This document shows positions 60,554 through 64,000 of a stretch of DNA of 64,000 nucleotides, piece by piece; within the stretch, counting starts at the first letter, position 1, and every line of letters begins with the position of its first letter. The stretch comes from Lachnospiraceae bacterium (GTDB taxonomy: Bacteria; Bacillota; Clostridia; Lachnospirales; Lachnospiraceae): assembly GCA_022792835.1 (NCBI GenBank), contig JAAWBT010000035.1:610-64609 (forward strand), in the 5' to 3' direction. The position numbers and the translations under genes were made by a program. The notes beneath the pieces are model-generated. The model was given only the letters and a program-made list of their open reading frames with translations. It was not told the DNA's origin and did not search any database.

Positions 60554-61375
60554 TTACAGCTTCTCAAAACTCTTTCCGGTCACTTTTCCGGAATCGCCGG
60601 CCTGTTTTATTATAACACGAATCCTCTTATAAATCAAAACCGTAATCAGAGAAACCACGATTCCTTTTAACAGATTAAATGGCAGCACAGCCAAAAGCAC
60701 AAAGCTCCAGATTCCCGTGATGGCCGGATTGACTGCTGTTCCCATGCCGATGAGTCCTGCCAGGCTGTCGCTGGAGAAAAGATTCAGCACATTCATCAAA
60801 ATGACTGCCGCCGCCAGAATCACAAACTCCACTCCCATTCCCACCAAAATGGGATGGCTTCCCTTTTCTCTCCCATAAAAGAAGAACACCGGGAAGGCGA
60901 CCGCCGCCGTAAAAGCTCCCATAACCAAAAATCCCTGCCACGCCCCCTCAAAAGCCTGTGCATAAGTGGGCAGAAGTACATAAGCGTTTAAAAAACATCC
61001 CACGACAGCCATGGTGACAGTCCCCACCACGAGACCGAGAATTGCCCCTTTTCTGGTACGATTCTTCGTGTAGATCATCGCCGCCGGGATCACCAGGGCA
61101 CAGCCAATCAACAAGTTGGCCCAATCCCCCACCCCCATGGTGGTGGACCCCTTCAGCAGAAGCTTCAGAATAATCTTCAAAGCCTCAATGACAAATCCGG
61201 CCGCAGGCCCCATGGAAAACGCTCCCACCAATACCGGAATCTCACTGAAATCCAGTTCATAAAAAGGCGGTGCAAACCAGAGCGGGAACTCCAGATACAT
61301 AAGTACCGCGGCCACCGCCGACAGCACCGCGATGGTGACAAGGTTTTTCACAGTAAGCAGTTTTTCTCGTTTCAT
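60554..61375 (-). CDS. ribU: ECF riboflavin S-component with internal insertion
   Basis: LDFSE.P.L, PFNLLKG motifs; downstream of FMN riboswitch. Confidence 0.88.
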   Translation of the reverse strand: MKREKLLTVKNLVTIAVLSAVAAVLMYLEFPLWFAPPFYELDFSEIPVLVGAFSMGPAAGFVIEALKIILKLLLKGSTTMGVGDWANLLIGCALVIPAAMIYTKNRTRKGAILGLVVGTVTMAVVGCFLNAYVLLPTYAQAFEGAWQGFLVMGAFTAAVAFPVFFFYGREKGSHPILVGMGVEFVILAAAVILMNVLNLFSSDSLAGLIGMGTAVNPAITGIWSFVLLAVLPFNLLKGIVVSLITVLIYKRIRVIIKQAGDSGKVTGKSFEKL

Positions 61376-61520
61376 GTCTCCTCCTGACCGTTCTTCCTGG
61401 CTGCTCTGGGTATCCTAGAGCACCTCAGAAGATCTGTATGCCTCACTGCATCCACTTTTTTACCGCTGCGCAGACCGGGCGCCGCTTAAGCGGCGGCTTT
61501 CCTTTCTGCCCCGTACGCAT

Positions 61521-61555
61521 AAAAACCCCCGAATATCATATCTGATATTCGGGGG
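61521..61555 (-). terminator. Riboswitch expression-platform terminator
   Basis: CCCCCGAATATCA-gata-TGATATTCGGGGG-TTTTT on minus strand. Confidence 0.85.
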
Positions 61556-61633
61556 AAGCTTCCTTTGCCGTCTCCTGCTTTCTCATACAGCGCGCTGCCT
61601 AAAAATTTCCGCAGCAAATTCTCAGCAGACATA

Positions 61634-61748
61634 CCTTCTTCTCTCATCCAGACTATACTGTCGGTTCCGGAATCCAACCGGATCAACCGCCAAAGGCAGC
61701 TCGCGGACTATACCGCCGGTGGGGACTTTCACCCCGCCCCGAAGAACT
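61634..61748 (-). ncRNA. FMN riboswitch (RFN element)
   Basis: TTCGGGGCGGGGTGAAAGTCCCCACCGGCGGT...CCGCGAG...GATCCGGT...TTCCGGAACCGACAGTATAGTCTGGATGAGAGAAG. Confidence 0.97.
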
Positions 61749-61768
61749 TTTTTTATTTTGTGTTTTTT

Positions 61769-61797
61769 ATTATAAAGCGAAAAATAGTAAAAATCAA
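61769..61797 (-). promoter_or_regulatory. sigmaA promoter of riboswitch-ribU
   Basis: TTGATT-17nt-TATAAT. Confidence 0.75.
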
Positions 61798-62142
61798 GAG
61801 TTTCCGTGGTTTTTTTGCATTTTTTGGCATACATCAAACCTTTTATCATCCCTTAGGACACACGTAAATCTATATATCTTCACGTAAGTGTACGACAAAA
61901 TTGTATAATTTCACCAAAGAGCTATAGACCATGTCTATTTTTATGAAATTAATTTGCGAAACTTATTATACGTCATCCCAGAAGACGGCTGGCATCAGCC
62001 AGTCGCTCTTGACATAGCCATCTACAACTGCTATATATAAAGCAAGGACGAAAAGCTTATTTTCAAGCCTTTCGCCCCAATAATAGAATAGAAAGGCTGG
62101 TAAATTCGGTTTTCACACCGCTTTTCCCAGCCTTTTGAGATT

Positions 62143-62876
62143 TCATGCAGTTACTGATAATAGGCATTCTTCCGTCGCTTTCTGGAGGCCTCTTTTCTGT
62201 ATCTTATTGTGTTTATATTCTCGTTTTAAATCCGCAAATGTTCCTTCTGCCCATATTTTCCTCAGCCGCATGATCCTTAGATAACCGCTGGTTCCTACTT
62301 TCTGGTTATTCCAGTAAAAAGCTGGATCATAAGCACTGGCAGGAATCCTGACTGTCCCCAGGTCTGTAGCACAGGTTACAAACATCGGGTATTTTTACAT
62401 TGTTTTTTTGAACGGCTATATAAACGATAATAGTTCTGTGTTGCTCTCTTGTAGATCATTTTCCCAGATACGATCCCAAGCTGTATACATTTCAGCACGA
62501 TCTCATTAAAAATTTCCCAAACTATACTGGCATCTTCAAAGCGTCGTTTTCTATTCTGGCTAAAATTGGAATGATCCGGTACCCTATGCATGAGGTCAAA
62601 GCCGCAAAACCAGCGATAAGCAAGGTTAAATGACACTTCCACTTCAATTCTCCGTTCTGATTTAATCCCATAGAGATAACCAATTAACAGAATTTTTATC
62701 AGGACAACTGGATCAAACGATTTTCTTCCAACATTAGAATAATAGGAGGCTACCTTTTCGTATATGAAATCAAAGCTTACACAATCTTTAATCTGTCTTA
62801 GGAGATGTCCCTTTGGAATCATAGAATCGATATCCAGAATTACCATCTGAATTTATCCGTTATGTTTTCCCATCAT
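62143..62876 (-). pseudogene. IS1182-family transposase remnant
   Basis: H.LR.I, GR...DP, YLYGIKSER, YRWFCG, PDHS.FS..R (N-terminal) and R.RK..AEG.FA..K (C-terminal); in-frame TAA at codon 8, frameshift, central DDE region missing. Confidence 0.88.
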
Positions 62877-62937
62877 AAAAAGAATCTCCCATAATTGATA
62901 TCATAAGGATACTATGCAGAAAGTCATTTTTCTTTAG

Positions 62938-62952
62938 TTTGTTCAACAGCTC
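62938..62952 (-). mobile_element. Probable left terminal inverted repeat of the IS remnant
   Basis: GAGCTGTTGAACAAA about 60 nt upstream of the transposase start; matching right end not securely found. Confidence 0.45.
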
Positions 62953-63185
62953 CTCTTTGAGATTGCCCCTAAAATTGATTTATTAAAAAAGACAGCCATG
63001 ATAACTATCTGAAAACTGAATAGCAGAGCTTAGACCTACAATGTCTAGTTCTAAAAACAGCAAATCACCAAATTATCCTAAATTCAGAAATCAAATGTGG
63101 ATTTATGTTATAAATTATTGTAAAGTAAATTAAATTTTCCCCCATCTGTCACCCCTGTATAGTACGGAAGGTTGGGAAACTTATA

Positions 63186-64000
63186 TTACTTATGTTTTTC
63201 AATATCTTCATATTGATGATATAAATCTTCTATTTGCCTCCAAGTTACTGGTGTACATTCAGCATAATAATTTTTACATTTTGTAAGGTAATCTTTCATA
63301 TAATTTCCGCGGATCAAGAAACATGTTTGATCGGTACCTAAACTTTGCACAATAATCGTTTCCACTTGTCCATCTTCATATTCTACAGACATGATTCGAG
63401 CTTGTCTGTCTAACTTAAAATATGTATCAGAATCATCTTCTGGCAAATTTTTTAATATAAAAACTTTATTTTCATCACTGCATTTAACCGCTGCTTTACC
63501 AGAATGATTAAAAATTCTTTTATTATAATCTTTAAATTCCGGAAAAAAACTTGATTTTCTTTTAATATGTGCTTTTATACCTTCTGTTGAAATAATATGA
63601 TAAAACTTATCACAATTATTTATAGCATCCATTAATATTTTAATGAATTGTTTTTCTTCATCCCAAAGTTGTTCTGCACCTAATACAATTGAACTGCTTC
63701 TTTGCATAAGAAATATTTGTTTACATCTACGATTTATAACCTCATTAGATAATAAATAATGATCTTTTTTACTGCAAATACTTTTTTTTATTACTGTTAC
63801 ACCAAATAAATCTGACAACTCCGATGCGGTCAAATGGACTTGTGGACTATATGGTAATTTTGCCATATATATAATTTTATTACGAATATCTTTTCTGAAT
63901 TCATCAACTGATTCTATAGAGTTAAATTCATAAGGAGTAGCACGAAAATGAGAAATATCAAATGGTAATTTATCAAGTCGTCTCTCTTTATTAATAATAC
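63186..64000 (-). CDS. AT-rich gene, 5' end outside window: NDT/TIR-like domain tail fused to unknown C-terminal domain
   Basis: Frame is open for 44 codons upstream of the ORF-track ATG: IINKERRLDKLPFDISHFRATPYEFNSIESVDEFRKDIRNKIIY-MAKLP... Confidence 0.75.
   Translation of the reverse strand, partial: IINKERRLDKLPFDISHFRATPYEFNSIESVDEFRKDIRNKIIYMAKLPYSPQVHLTASELSDLFGVTVIKKSICSKKDHYLLSNEVINRRCKQIFLMQRSSSIVLGAEQLWDEEKQFIKILMDAINNCDKFYHIISTEGIKAHIKRKSSFFPEFKDYNKRIFNHSGKAAVKCSDENKVFILKNLPEDDSDTYFKLDRQARIMSVEYEDGQVETIIVQSLGTDQTCFLIRGNYMKDYLTKCKNYYAECTPVTWRQIEDLYHQYEDIEKHK

Noticed and set aside
61486-61867. Short ORFs over the riboswitch leader
   Set aside because: Overlap the FMN aptamer, promoter and terminator; no coding signal.
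61855-61915. Possible dif/Xer site at the island junction
   Set aside because: Does not fit the Firmicute dif consensus arms.
61958-63184. GAAACTTAT at 61958 and 63176 as target-site duplication
   Set aside because: Does not abut the probable IS end; a 9-mer match is unremarkable in AT-rich DNA.
1-64000. CRISPR arrays, tRNA, rRNA, integrases, prophage genes
   Set aside because: None seen; intergenic spaces are short and explained by promoters and terminators.

Overview
Chromosomal window from an anaerobic Firmicute (Clostridia, probably Lachnospiraceae-like; inferred from gene content and sigmaA-type promoters). Most genes lie on the minus strand. Left to right: a Na+-translocating biotin-dependent decarboxylase operon (partial); a J-domain/DUF5685 pair; an ABC exporter module (ATPase, permease, GldG-like, DUF4340) with its own two-component system; a DD-carboxypeptidase; cbiK; a lipoprotein; a 16-kb anaerobic cobalamin operon (cbiD to cbiC) divergent from luxS; traX-like, glgX-like, uup, exoA and ybiT-like genes; an amino-acid symporter; ppk1/ppx/DUF815; pheA; a folate operon with an HD protein; TetR-ABC; an alanine symporter; rubrerythrin; a ROK-regulated polyol dehydrogenase pair; eukaryote-type hisA; and FMN riboswitch-ribU. 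From about 61.75 kb the DNA becomes AT-rich, with a decayed IS1182-like element and a gene running off the window whose upstream part (missed by the ORF track) carries an NDT/TIR-like 'LPFD..R...Y' motif, a candidate defence gene. Other highlights: a shared CTTTAG-N5-CTTTAG box at both promoters of the two-component/ABC module, a cob leader with a terminator but no B12 riboswitch, GlgX and Ppx homologues lacking catalytic residues, a split CobU pair, and a RibU with a two-helix insertion. All family calls come from motif recognition by eye; no searches were run. Several start codons were moved from the ORF track to RBS-supported starts.
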